NCBI GenBank assembly: GCA_000165425.1
Contig: CT868003.1
Location: 186,001-250,000 of the forward strand
Source of the DNA: Paramecium tetraurelia
Taxonomy: Eukaryota
DNA: 64,000 nt
Reading direction: 5' to 3'
Position numbers and translations under genes: made by a program. The notes below the pieces were generated by a model, which searched no databases, was not told the origin of the DNA, and saw only the letters and a program-made list of their open reading frames with translations. Positions within the stretch are counted from its first letter, which is position 1. Each line of letters starts with the position of its first letter. Positions 1-13,100 of this stretch are shown piece after piece.

Positions 1-1197
1 TAGACATCAATTTTAATGGTTGATAGGTAGTCTGATAGGAAATTTGCTGGTTCATTTTTGCAGCAGAGGGTCATTAGTAGAAACATTAAAGCATGTTTAT
101 ATTATATTGATAGTCAGTTCTTTGTTTTTATGTATGTTATTCTTAACGATTCCGGATGAAAAAAAGAAATCTAAATTTAAAAAGTTTAACAAAATAATCA
201 CCTAATTGCTCATTCAAAATGGAAAGGAGAACCAGAAGGTTTTGAGGTTGGAACTATAAAAAATGAATTAGAAAAACCAAACTAATTAATTATACAATAA
301 GCTGATTGATGGGGAGGCTGAGGCTGAGGCTGATGAAAAAAATAAGATTAAATAAATTATGGATTCATAGGTGTAAATGATGCAGACTTAACAGTTTTTT
401 ACAATTCAAAGTTTTTCATATGAGGAAAATAATCTACAGGACATTCTATCAGAAAAACCAAAGTCATCTGAAGATTTGAATTGGATTTATGCTAGTTAAA
501 AGACAATATCAATTGAGGAATATGTCAAAAATAACTACTTTGGGAATTTATATCTAACCTTATCTGTTCTATGTTTAGATGGATTCTATAATTTCATAAT
601 ATTGATTTTCAATGTTGGAAGTATGCTGTCCTTTTTATTGTTGTAATTGCCTAATCTATTGACAATAAATTCAGTATTGGATCCAGAAGTCAGAGCCGCT
701 ACAATATATGAAGGATTTCTGTATGTTGGGATAGGTCAGATTTTTGGATGCTTTTATATGGGGTTGTTTGGAGACTTCTCTTAAAAAATTACGTAAGGAA
801 TTTTGTAATAAAATAGAGGACTATATTATATCCTTGGAGTATATCAGTTGGGTTGCTTTTTGGCCTGGGGAATCTACATCTTTTAAATAGACTTTTTAAT
901 ATTTTCAATGTCATTCATCTTGGGATTTACTTGTTCAGCCATGATGTCAACTACAATATCATTTTAGATAGTTTATTTTCATAAAGTATAAATTTGTATT
1001 GAAAATAGTTCATCTACTCAGTAGATTTGATGTATATAATTTTCAGTTTCTCTTTCTCCGTCACCTCCATATTATATATTATTACTAACTTTTTCGGAAA
1101 ATTTAATGGTTTGATACTGCTATAGATTTCAGGGATAATGGGATTATTATCCATTTGGAGGATACATAAAAAATTGAAGGCAAAATTGAATAAATGA
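1..1197 (+). CDS. MFS-type (UNC-93-like) multi-pass transporter, 5'-partial
   Basis: With TAA/TAG=Gln: many hydrophobic helices (IGSLIGNLL..., YVGIGQIFGCFYMGLFGDFS), a hydrophilic central loop, small introns and TGA at 1195-1197. Confidence 0.6.
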
Positions 1198-1238
1198 CAA
1201 TGACTAATTATTATACAATAACGAATGAATAGCTTTGT

Positions 1239-2044
1239 TCAATTCTTCAAGAATGTTGTCAATGAGTCCAACCATTAGATGTACAATCTTTGTTCCTTAT
1301 CCAATGAATAATGTTCAATGAATGCTCCCAACTCATCATTTATTCCAAAGGTTTTCAAATAGTCTACCAAAGCTAATTGTAATCTCTAAAAATAACAATT
1401 AATAATAACCTCATCTAAAGTGATGAAATCTGGACCTGAATAATCTTACAATCCTCTCTCAAATCTTGGAATTTTCTTGTGAGCCTCTAAGTCCTTAATC
1501 AAACTAACTAAATTAACATTAACCTAATAGATAAAATAAATATATATACTTCTCCTTATGATGTGGTACATTCATAGCATAAGATTTATCCATTGCTCTT
1601 TTACAGATAAACTGTGAAGTCAGCATAATCATTATGTGATTCTTATTATTCTTCTTCCTCTTGATTTTACTATTTGTTATTTTATTCTTCTGGTTCTTCC
1701 TCATCTGCTTCATCTGTATTGGGTTGTCTTTATTGGAATTGCACAATGACTTTAACATCACCCACTTATTTTTCCAATGTGATTTCATGATTGCTATCAC
1801 TGTCAACCAATTAGAAACCAGCCTTCTCAACAAATTGAATAGCTGTGTCATCCTCAACATAATTGGTTTTTTCGTATTTCAATTCTTTCTCTACGATTTT
1901 TACTAATTTTTATCCAGCTATTTTATTAATTGAGTGTATACTTTTATTGACCTTCTCCAATTAGGTGCAGAATGGAGCAAAAACTCTTGTAACATTCATT
2001 GGTTTGATGGTTCTTAACAATCTAAGAGGGATTTTGGAAATCAT
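1239..2044 (-). CDS. Mitochondrial acidic matrix glycoprotein, MAM33/C1QBP (p32) family
   Basis: Basic presequence MISKIPLRLLRTIKP, then EKELKYEK, an acidic loop, and the C-terminal family signature YSGPDFITLDE-RLQLALVDYLKTFGINDELGAFIEHYSLDKEQRLYIQWL. Confidence 0.85.
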
Positions 2045-2578
2045 GCTATAAATTTTTAATTGTGATAATTTATTTAATGAAAAATGTCAAATAAATTATT
2101 ATTTCATTCTAAATTATTAATGAAACAATAAGCAAAATACGAAATAGTTCTTCAATATTCAAATAATAATATTTTATATCAAAATATTTAATCTAAAAAT
2201 TTACTATTTTTCCAAATATATATTTACACACGGAATATTTTATGATATACAATATTTCTATAGTATAAGTAAAGAAACAAATATATAGGCTTATAATTAA
2301 ATAAAATGGATTATATCTATTATTCCAGAAAAAGAATTTAAGAAATTTTTGTATATATTATAATTTAAAATACAATCCCAAATTTTTTAGATCTATGCTA
2401 CCTTATATCAATTAGTATTATGACAATTACGCAAATATATATATATAGTTTTTAAGTATTATTGGTTAGAGAAATATTTAAGTAGCTTACAAATCAAGAG
2501 TTCCTTCTTTATTGTTACAATTATTAAGAGAAATCTTTAATTAGAGATAATTTGTGCTATTATAAAAATATAAACAAA

Positions 2579-3789
2579 TCAAAAAAACTCTTCTTTTAAT
2601 TTCTTCTCGCCCCACATATTAATAATATCCAACTATTAATTAAATTAGAATCATTACTCTTCTGATCAAGGTTAAGATTTTACGAACTTTCTTATTGTCC
2701 TTAACCACCTCTCCTAAATCAGTTAACGAAGTAGACCAAGGATATGCTTTATTTCTTAATAGTAACTAAATGATTATTATCATTCTTACTTCAATAAGAG
2801 GAATGTTATTTTCTTATATAGCTAAATACAAGGGAGTTCTATTCATGATATCAATAGAATCAACATCTGCGTGATACTTAATTAATAATTCTGACATTTC
2901 ATACAATCCCTTTTTACTAGACCAATGCAAGGCTGACATATTAAAGAAATCAAAATCAAAAACTAAGTATTAATTTTTATCTAGATATTAACGAACCTTT
3001 TCTAATTAATTCAACTTGACAGCATGAATGAATTCTTGCGAGTAGAGCTTTTAATATGGCTTTTTGGAGAAGATTTATTTTTATATCATCATTTTAGTAG
3101 TGATATTCATTTCTTTTAATTTTTTTAAAGCTCTAAGTAAACATTATCTTAATTATTTTTTAGTTCTTTTTGCAGGCTTAATTTACTCATTCAATAAATT
3201 TTCATCTCTTGTCGAATTAATAACATTTCTTGTTTTCATTACTGAAGAATTTTCGAATCGATTTTCCTGTCCTGTTGGAGACTTGATCGATAACATAGTG
3301 CTTTCATCAATATCAGTCTATTAAAATGCTCTGTCTATTCTGCTAGTTTATATTTGTATCTCAGTTTCACAGATATAATCTGATTCAAAAGGGATTTTAC
3401 GATTTCGAAATTTTGAAATCTAAGGAGATTTTGAAAGTGTTGTTCTATTCATACTTTGAGGACTAGTAACAAATTTTATTCTGAATCGAGGAGAACTGTT
3501 TGTACCCTTTTAATTCTCTAATTTGATCGGAGCAATCTTCCTTATATTATTGTCACTTTGTGAAGCTTTCTTTTCTTTTATATACCCTTTCTATCTCTCA
3601 AGGTATTCCTTATAGGAGAACTTCACTGCTCCATCTTGAAGAATAATCATAAAAGTACTTTAATTTGCAATTACTGTCATACTCTGAACTTCCATCAATT
3701 AAGGCCTAGGTTATCTAGATATATCATTGTACTTTATACCTAAATTCTGCTTGTATTTTGCAATAGCTTTAACCCATAGATTTCTTCAT
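2579..3789 (-). CDS. Ankyrin-repeat protein with low-complexity N-terminus
   Basis: Repeats FIHAVKLNQLEKV, NMSALHWSSKKGLYEMSELLIKYHADVDSID and NRTPLYLAIQENNIPLIE; two ~24-25 nt introns near the 3' end. Confidence 0.85.
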
Positions 3790-4229
3790 TTTCAATTATA
3801 TTATTTAAGGTTGGTAGTATATATTTATTATAAAATAATAAATAAGTTATAATAATAATATTTGCTGAAATAATTATTGACATATTTTTAGATTAGATCA
3901 AAATTCCCAAATTTTACCAATAGAGAAATCACTATTTTAACAATTACTAATAGTATGAAAAGCATTGATTTAATAATTAATGAACCAGAAACAGGTAGCA
4001 GATTGAAGCGCTTTTGAATACCTATTTAACGAAGCTTTGAAATAAGAATATCCTTGGAAAATTTTATTTTTTTTAATAATTATTTATTTTTATTTTAAGT
4101 ACCATTTTAATAACTGTTATAAATCTAACATTATCATGTTTTTCATTTAAATGGCAAATCCATTTAATAGATTCCTATATAATAGATATTTAATAATAAA
4201 TTATTGATGTGAAAGAGAATAATTTTAAA

Positions 4230-6682
4230 ATGAATATTATCATTTTATTATTGAAATAAATTTTTAATTAAAATATGCTATCGAACTATAAATTGAGATT
4301 AATGATAACTTGTAGATAATTTAAATAATTATTTATTCTTTTCTTATTGTGGTAATTTTCTGTTTCTTTAGAATTAAAGTTTATAAAGTGTTTTAGAATC
4401 TTTTGACTGAAAGAGCTTGAATTTTGGATTATCTAATGTAATCTATATTTATTTTATATGTAAAAAATTCCCTTATTATTCATTAAGGAAACTAAAAGGA
4501 ATGAACCCTATTTTTTTAAGTACTGAGAATACCAAAAATATAAGCTTTTAACTATTAGAATAAAATAATTTTATCCAAATTTAATTATCATTGCATAAAA
4601 GTTGAATTGGGAAATATTTGACTGGCTTGACGTATTTCAATAAAATAAAGTTATATGGAGTCAATTAAATACAAAGAGAATTATTTTAAATTAGTAAACT
4701 TTCTGTATAATCATTTTAGGTATGATGATACCATGCCCCCCTTAATTGGATATTTATGATGAATTTTAGAAGGATTTCTTAAAATCATCATTAGTTCATG
4801 AAAAGTATTTATCGACTTTAAAAATATGAATTAGTTTGAGAGTAATTAAACTGGAGGAAGCTCTGATTCATCTAGCAACAAATTAAAAGAACAAAAAATT
4901 TTAATGACTTTGAGTTTCTTGACTTTAAAAAATATAGTCTTTCCAAAGATTTTAAACCATTTGTTCTTCTCTGAATAGAAAGGAAGAATCAAAATAAGAA
5001 AGACTGATTAATTATTAAAATTATTGACAAAAACTTATAATGTTGATTTAATTGAAAAGTTTTCAATAGAAATGCCTGAATATACAGAACTAGAACTCAT
5101 TATTAAAATTTTGTAATTGTGTCTTGAGAATTTGGGTTCATTAACAGAAGAAATTTTGAGTAGCAAGGCATTTTATGCTTTTTATTATAAATTATATGAT
5201 TATTAGAAAAAGAAGTAAAGTAATAATACATATAATAATATAATATTTGAATATGTGCAACAAATAATATAGCAGACTCCAAATATTTAGGTAATCACTG
5301 AAGATTTCAGGTATTTCATTTATTTTAAAGCATAAATGATAGCAATTATGTAAGCTTTAAGGTTAGGAATTCCCTTGACTTCATTGCTTTTATGCACTAA
5401 ATTCTATATGAATAGAGATACCTAATAATTCTTTATTGAATTCTTAATAACTGATGAGGTGTATAAATAAATATATAATAAAAGATAACTCTCAAATTTT
5501 AATTATCTAATGAATATAGATTAATTGATAAATTAAAACAACTTAAGTTTATCTGACATGAATTATTATATAGAGAAAATTTTCCCAAGATATGAGGATG
5601 AATTGATTGAAACAAACTTTAATATTTTTTAAAAGAATTTAGATTTAATTTTAGAATAAAAATAATATTTGATGATAGATCTATAGCATTTGGTTGAATC
5701 AAAGAAATTTATAGAACTTTACTCTGTACTTGCGAAATATCGTCATTAAGTCGATTAAGCTGAAATATTTTATAAAGGCCTATCTTAAATCATTTAATAT
5801 TGCTAAAAAACTGAAAAATCAATATTGGATTTTAGTCCTGTGAATATTCCATCAGTTATTAAAAAGAACTTCTTTAGAACTCATGAAAAAAAAGAACTTA
5901 TTTAATAGCAATAAATTGAATCTCTGCTGATATTTAATAAGATAATGACCGAGATGATTAAATTTAGATTTCCATTTCCAATAATTATAACGTATTTGGA
6001 TTTGAATATTGACAATATTTCAATCAGTATTTCAAAAGAATTAATAATACAATGTTAGTAAGATAAGGTGTTCAATTTATTTCTTGCTTTGGTTCACTAT
6101 AACTTTTAAACTCTAGCCAAGTCTCAAACTTACTCTAAAGCCTTTTACCATTCTTAAATGGCAAAATAAGAGATGCAAATAAAGGAAATCATTTTTAAAA
6201 TGTTAGAAATAATAAGGGAATTTTAAAATTTATTAAAAAATGATTTAGAGAAAATTCTAAATGAGGAAGACACCAAATATAAAATTCACAATTTTATTAA
6301 TCAGTTCTAAAAGACCAAGATCGATTAAAATAGTATTGATTAGAAAATAGCATCCACATTATTAGAGTTAATACAGTTTGACCAATCAAAAGTTGTTGAT
6401 ATGAACAATGAGATATAACTTAAACAGCAATTGCAGAGTATCATATAAGAAATCGAATATAAAACCACTAAATAACCCTATCAAGAACGAAGATTAGGAA
6501 GACCCCCAGGATTCTATTAGCATTAATAATATGTTTAGAAGAGAGTAAGATAAAAAGCATAATATTAATAAAGATTAATTTAGTAGCCAATGTGTTAATA
6601 TTAAATCTCAAAGGTTAAGAAAATAAATAAATTGACTTCTGAATAATAGTTAATGGAAGAATTAGAGAGTATTTTAGTTTGA
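4230..6682 (+). CDS. Hypothetical helical/coiled-coil protein (~750 aa)
   Basis: Long TGA-free frame interrupted by short GT..AG introns (e.g. 4805-4834) and ending EELESILV-TGA. No motif recognised; start uncertain. Confidence 0.6.
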
Positions 6683-6760
6683 TTATTTCGAATTGTACTT
6701 CCGATAATACCGATAATTCCCAAAATTCCACTTTTTTCATTATTTTTCTAAAGTTATAAA

Positions 6761-9700
6761 ATGTTAATTAATCTTTTTCTAGCTTTAATAAATTAGCTCA
6801 TTAAATAAAGAATCTTTGAGATTGCCAAATTAATCTTTTAAAAATAATTCAAAGCTCAATATATATTGCTGTGAATTATTTCAAAATTATTATATTATGT
6901 TAATAAGTAAGTCCTTACACAACTTGACTAAGGATAGAGATTAGAGGGATTCACATTAAAATCTACAAAAAAGGTACATCAGGAAAATATTTGATTGTAG
7001 AACAAATTAAGAGTTGATGGGTGGATAAACCAATCCTTAAAATTGTTAATTGAAACCTTCTTTTTATCAAGTGTTCCCACATCAACCAAATGACTTATAA
7101 AGTAACGATGAAATGAAGGTGCCCACTCTTACAAATGTTGCTTCCTATAAAAACAATGATTAACAGATCAATAAGGAGTAATCAAAGAAGGTTATGTCTG
7201 TTCAAGAGGATAATTCATTGTTATCTCCTTCTGTAAATGTAATGATGAATTCTCATTTGTTATCAGAGACGAAGAAACAAAGTTATGATAATGGAAGGTT
7301 GAGAGTAATTTTAACTCAAGTTAAATAACGATTGTTGAATTCCATTCATTTTTCAAAATACAATGATCCTCTTGTAACTCATGAATTTAAGGAAGGTACA
7401 ACAAATAGAATAATTAACTTAGTTTCTCCATTTTACTATTATTATTTTACATTGTTCATGTTTTTGACAACATTTATCTCCAACTTCTTTACAATTATTC
7501 TCATACCCTTGCATAAGGTGTTTCATCTTTAGGAATCGGTTTCTCAGATATTCTATTATTTCAAGATTTTTGCAATTTTATTAGACTTATATTTTTAAAG
7601 AGGCCCTTACAAATTATTTAGAGGAAAAATTACTTAAAATTATAAGAATTAAAATAAAGTGTTTTTGGATTTATTTAGGCTAATTATATTATTAATTAAT
7701 TATAATTTAAATTTGGAGAGTCGACTTTTAACTATTTTATTGATAGTGATCTTGATCCTGGTGGATATGATAAGAATAGCAGAGCCATTTGAGAATTTAT
7801 ACATATCAACCCAATACATAGTGATGATAATATAATTGTGGGCCTCTATAATAGTTAGTTTGACATGCACATTGAAGAGTATTAACATCATTTAAATAAG
7901 AGTATTTGACCATGAAGATGATCAATCCTTGTCCTTATATATAAGTTACTCAATTTCCTTCTTAACCCATAATGGATACATTTGTAAATATGCAATGTCA
8001 TTTAGCATTAACTTTGAATGAGGATAATCGCATTGTAGTTTCAGTGTTTTCGTTGATATGCTACTTTTGTTATGTTTATACATTAGTTCTATTATGGATT
8101 TGGATGAAACCCAACATCGAGATCCAGGAAGAGAAGCAAAAATTACTTAAGGGATTCATTAAACATTTCCAGGAGAAGTGCAAGGATTAGGATTTGCTGA
8201 GAAGATGTTACTCTTACTTAGATTATAGGATTGATGTAAGATTTAAATGAAGAATAGATAGGAAGATTTAGGTAGAGCCAAAGAGTAATTAATGAAAAAG
8301 CTGAGTCCATCTTTGTAGGATGAGATTGATCTGGCCTTAAGAACCAAGATGTTAGAGAGGATAGAATTAATGCACAAGTTTTCTCCTCAGTTCAAATAAC
8401 AATTATTGTACATGATTGAGCAGGTGACATTCAATCCTGAAGACAATGTTTTAATTGTATGATATATCGAGTTTATAATATAATCAGGAACATTAGGCTG
8501 AGGATTTGAGTTTGTATTATATTTTGAAAGGAGAAGTGAAGGTGTAATTCCAAGGTTCTTCTTTGGCAAACAATAAAAGTTCTGTCACAAAACTTGTAGA
8601 GGGCTAGACTTTTGGGTAGCATTCCTTTATATCTGGAATACCTTCTAATATTAGTATTTTTAGTTGTGGGGTTACTACTCTAATGAAATTGAAGAGGTCT
8701 GATTTTATAGAAATATTATCGCATTATCCGAAAGATAATGAGAGATTCAGTATGATGAGAGATAATTCCCTTTATAATCAATCTTTATTCGATTGTTATT
8801 ACTGCAAAATTCAAGGCGATTACATTGTAGAATGCAGACATTTACAGTATTTCCCTCAAAGACAAAATGTACTTGAGAGATATTTATACAGTCGCAAATA
8901 ACATCGTAAACCAATGGTAAGAAAACAAAAAAGATATTTAACTTTAAGAAATCTGAATCGCAATTAGGAGAGATTGAGATCTATAATAAACCATAAATAA
9001 AGCCAAGAGGCTATTTCTGAAGAGTTCCCAGATATTTCCTAGCTTCCATATTCTGAGAGTAAAATATATAATTTTATGTTATAGATTAAATAAACTCAGC
9101 TAGTCAAATGAGTAATTCAAATCCCTTCCTAAAGGCCAGTTAAGACAACTACGTATCAGGTAGTAATTTTAATGGGGATAATATTGAACAATAACAATAG
9201 AATAATGAGGAAGAAGAGGCAGATGAGGTGGGGATAACAATCCCTAAAATTTAAGCGAGAAGAAAGATGGATGACTCCCATAAGAACATTCATAGAACTG
9301 CTGGGTTTATGGGTAATCTTGGGAATGGCTCTGTGTTAGATAAAGATGAAAAAGAGATCCTCCTTCAGTTACAAGATACATCAAATAAGGATGCCAAACA
9401 ATTTGTGCTTAATTAAGCAAATCGGAACTCTCCGAACATGCTAACCTTTCAATATTAGAAAGATACAAGTCCTTAGATTCAAACAGATTATTTATTTTTA
9501 GAATTAAATTAATAATAGCAAAATCAGGACCATAATTAAAAAGGTACATTGGGGTAATTGTCCAATAGATCCAGAACTTGCACGAATTCATTTTCAAGAG
9601 ATATTTCAAATAATCAGTCTTCAAATTCTAGATAAAATAGGTCTCTCAAACAATCAAGGGACAAGGTTAGGAAAACGAATAGTATCAATACACTTTCTGA

Positions 9701-10040
9701 TGACAACAAATTAAGATAAAAAAGTGGAACGAAACAAAGCAATCTAGGTCAGCAATCTGCATTTTAGGCTTTGGCAACTCCTGAGGTATATATGTATTGA
9801 TTGAAATTTTAGAATCAAGAGTTGATTTTGAATGATGTGATATTTAATTAGTTCGAATGTATGATGAAATACAAGATCTATTATCCTCACAATAATTTCA
9901 ATTGTGTTATTCAAAGATACAAGAATTAATTTGAGATGAGTAATTTCAAAATTAAAAAATTTAATTATTGTGGGTACTCTTTAAAATGCTTTGTCGCGTC
10001 TAAAATCAAAAGAATACAAAAATTAATTAGACGTTAGTGA
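6761..10040 (+). CDS. Cyclic-nucleotide-binding-domain (CNBD) cation-channel-like protein, degenerate
   Basis: Six-TM-like region, pore-like segment, C-linker, CNBD (LYYILKGEVKV...EGQTFGQHSFISG...LKRSDFIEIL), a Cys-knuckle-like CYYC..C, and the C-terminal YKIYYPHNNF..VI motif seen in ciliate channels. Start uncertain. Confidence 0.8.
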
Positions 10041-10108
10041 AATAAGATGCCATTCAGATGTCATTTTGATTGATTGTAATTTTTATATTTAAATTAATTA
10101 ACTCTAAA

Positions 10109-13100
10109 ATGATCACTTATTTAACCATTCTTGCTGGGATTATGTAATTTAGTAGAGAATATATTATTTAGCACTTTTCTGTAGGCTGAATGTACTCCAT
10201 CAATAATGAATCTTCTGAACCTGGATCAAAATTATTAACAAATCTCGGAGGAATTTGATTTCAATTAAGAAGTGTCATTCTCTTTTTGGTTTAAGTATGA
10301 ACCCAAAACTAAAATTTAAACCTAATATTTTTATGGTAGCTCGACCGAAGGCGAATAAGTTGCGTCAGGGTCATTACTATTTAGACTTTATGAAGAATAA
10401 GCAAAATTGTTCCGAATATTTACATATTTAGATACCAACAATTAGAATCTATAAACAATGATAATAAATGCTGATTAGAATATTTCCTCGACCGAAACTT
10501 TTAATTTAAATTTTTTAGATGGAATTTGGCAATACAAATTCTATAAAATAGTACCTGTTGATCGGAAAATATATCATTTTATCTATAATTATATGATTTC
10601 GTCCTATACTACGAGCCAGACTAAATTTGACATCGAATAGACGAAGTTTCAATTGAGCATAGGAGGTTAAGGATATGTATTTTTTGAATTTAATTTAAGT
10701 TCTCAGATTACTATCAAAATTTATACTTCAATGCCTTTCCTGGATGGATTTCATCCATAAATGTATTTCAAGGATCCCTGGACATCACTCCACCTTCATT
10801 TAAAACTAATCTGGACACATGCATTAAAAGTGTCCTAGTCTGTGATCCGAAACAGCAAAAACTGATTAGTGGCATTTAGACATCGTAAACTTAGATTTTG
10901 AAGAGCAATTTTAAATTAGAGAATACATTTGAATTTTAAGCTTGGTATAAACTTTCAATCAATAATGTACGTGTAATAATTAATACTTTTAGGCAAATAA
11001 AATTTATCACATGGTATAAATTAGAGATGAAAACATAACAACATTTAATATCATTGATTCAAGAAATCTGCTCTTAGATTTGAGGTGTGTTGTTCTTGAT
11101 GGAGGAGTCAATGTTGAGATACAGTTGACACTCCAATCATATGAATAACAACTCTATTATTCAAAAGAAGAATAAGTAAAGGTGGACTCTACAGTAATTC
11201 TTGTATCTTAATGGCATTTCATTACAATAATGTACGATAGAGAACTAACCTAACAGACAGGAATTGATGTTTATTTTCCTTCTACGTTATCGAAACTTGA
11301 AAAAAGATACTCAAACCTAATATTATTTTTCACCGGATCAGATTTATTCTTTTATTTTGGATCAAATAATAAATTATCTTAATATTTTTCAGGACAAATC
11401 GGAGAAATCAAAATTAATTCTTGTATAAAAAATAAGCCATATACTTTTGAATTATGTAACATATTTTGATTGATGATTTACTTTAGAATGCGACAACACT
11501 TGTAAAGTTTGTGATGGACCAACCTAAAGTTTTTGTACAGAATGTGATTCGAATGATTTTCGTGAAATTTCTAATCATCAATGCCTTTGCAAGGAAAATT
11601 ACTTTTAATTTGCTTTTCAAAGGAAATGCAGGGGTATTTAGATTGTTTATAATTAGAAATTAAAATTGGAGATTTTTTTTCGATCCAAGAAATTAAACAA
11701 GAATAAACTCAATGTTATTATGGTTAATTTTTGGTAAATTACAAAGATCAAGTTCGTTGTGTTGATTGGTATGCTTAATCAATATTATTATCAGTCCATT
11801 TTCTCAAATTGGTACAAAAGTGCTTTGTGGAGATTGCTTGGAAAATCAACAAATCTGGTAACATAGTATGAAATGCACATACAAATACGAAGTGAATGAT
11901 CCTCTTACCTTGGGTTCAACTTATATGAGAGCGGAATCAGAACCGTAGCAATACATAATGGACATCAATTCAGGATCCATCAATATTTGCATAGGTTGCT
12001 CTGAAATTTGCGATGATGAAGACTGTTAACCCTATAAATATACTAATTTTGGTTAACTGATCAAAGTAAGATGCAAACCAAGTAAGTATTCATGCATAAT
12101 TTATATAGATTATTATTTTTAAGATGGGGAGTGTAGATTATGCGATCAATTCTGCAATATCTGTCTAAATCAAGTCTGCATTTAATGTTAGTCGAATTAC
12201 TATTTCAACTCTATCTTCCAGAAATGCTTATTGTCTACTAGTGCATCATAGTAATGTGGATTCAATTGTCTCAATTGCATCTAATAGGAAAATAGTAACA
12301 GATGCTTGATATGTAAAGAGAATTATAAGATATCCGATGATGGATAAAATTGCGAAACCTATGAGTTAACTGATTGTCTAAATGAACACAATAAGTAAGG
12401 AGTTAGATCATCAATACCTTACTTATTTGACCCATTAACTCAATTTATAACTCAACCATATTGCAGTTTCTGTACCAAAAATAATTTTGATACAGTTGCT
12501 AATAAATGTACTGACGAACCTGCTCTTCCTACTACTTGCAGTTATTACATTGATAAAACTACTTGTTTATTCGGTACAGATTCAACATTAGTGAAAACTA
12601 CTCCTGCATGTACCTCACCTTGCACTATGTGTATTAAAGATAATGCAGATTTTACATAAGAATTTTGTGTTTAATGTCAGTATGGCTATTATATTGATTT
12701 GCTTTCTGGAACTTGTATGCCATGTCCATCTAATTGTAAAGATTGTGCATATAATTTATTACCTTTGAACAAGGATAGAATTTCAATTTCTCTAATTTCT
12801 TTCTATTAATAAGGAGTATTAAAGTAGTATTTGGATTCTTTACTCAAAATACCCTAAGATTTATTTGAATTACTTTGTAAAGATTGCCAAGCTGGATATG
12901 TAACTAATAATGGTGTTTGCATTAATGAATGTCCATAAAATTGTGAAGAATGCCAAGCAATTAATAATAAGAATGTGTGTATTAAATGTGTTCCTACTAC
13001 GTAAACTATTCTAGATGCTAACTGCTTAGAATGCCCATCTAATTGTTTAGCTTGTTCTGAAAGGACTCAAGAATAGATCTTAAAAATAAATCCTTTTTTT

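Noticed and set aside
314..334. GAGGCT tandem repeat
   Set aside because: A simple in-frame EAEAEAD codon repeat in a transporter loop, not an array or mobile element.
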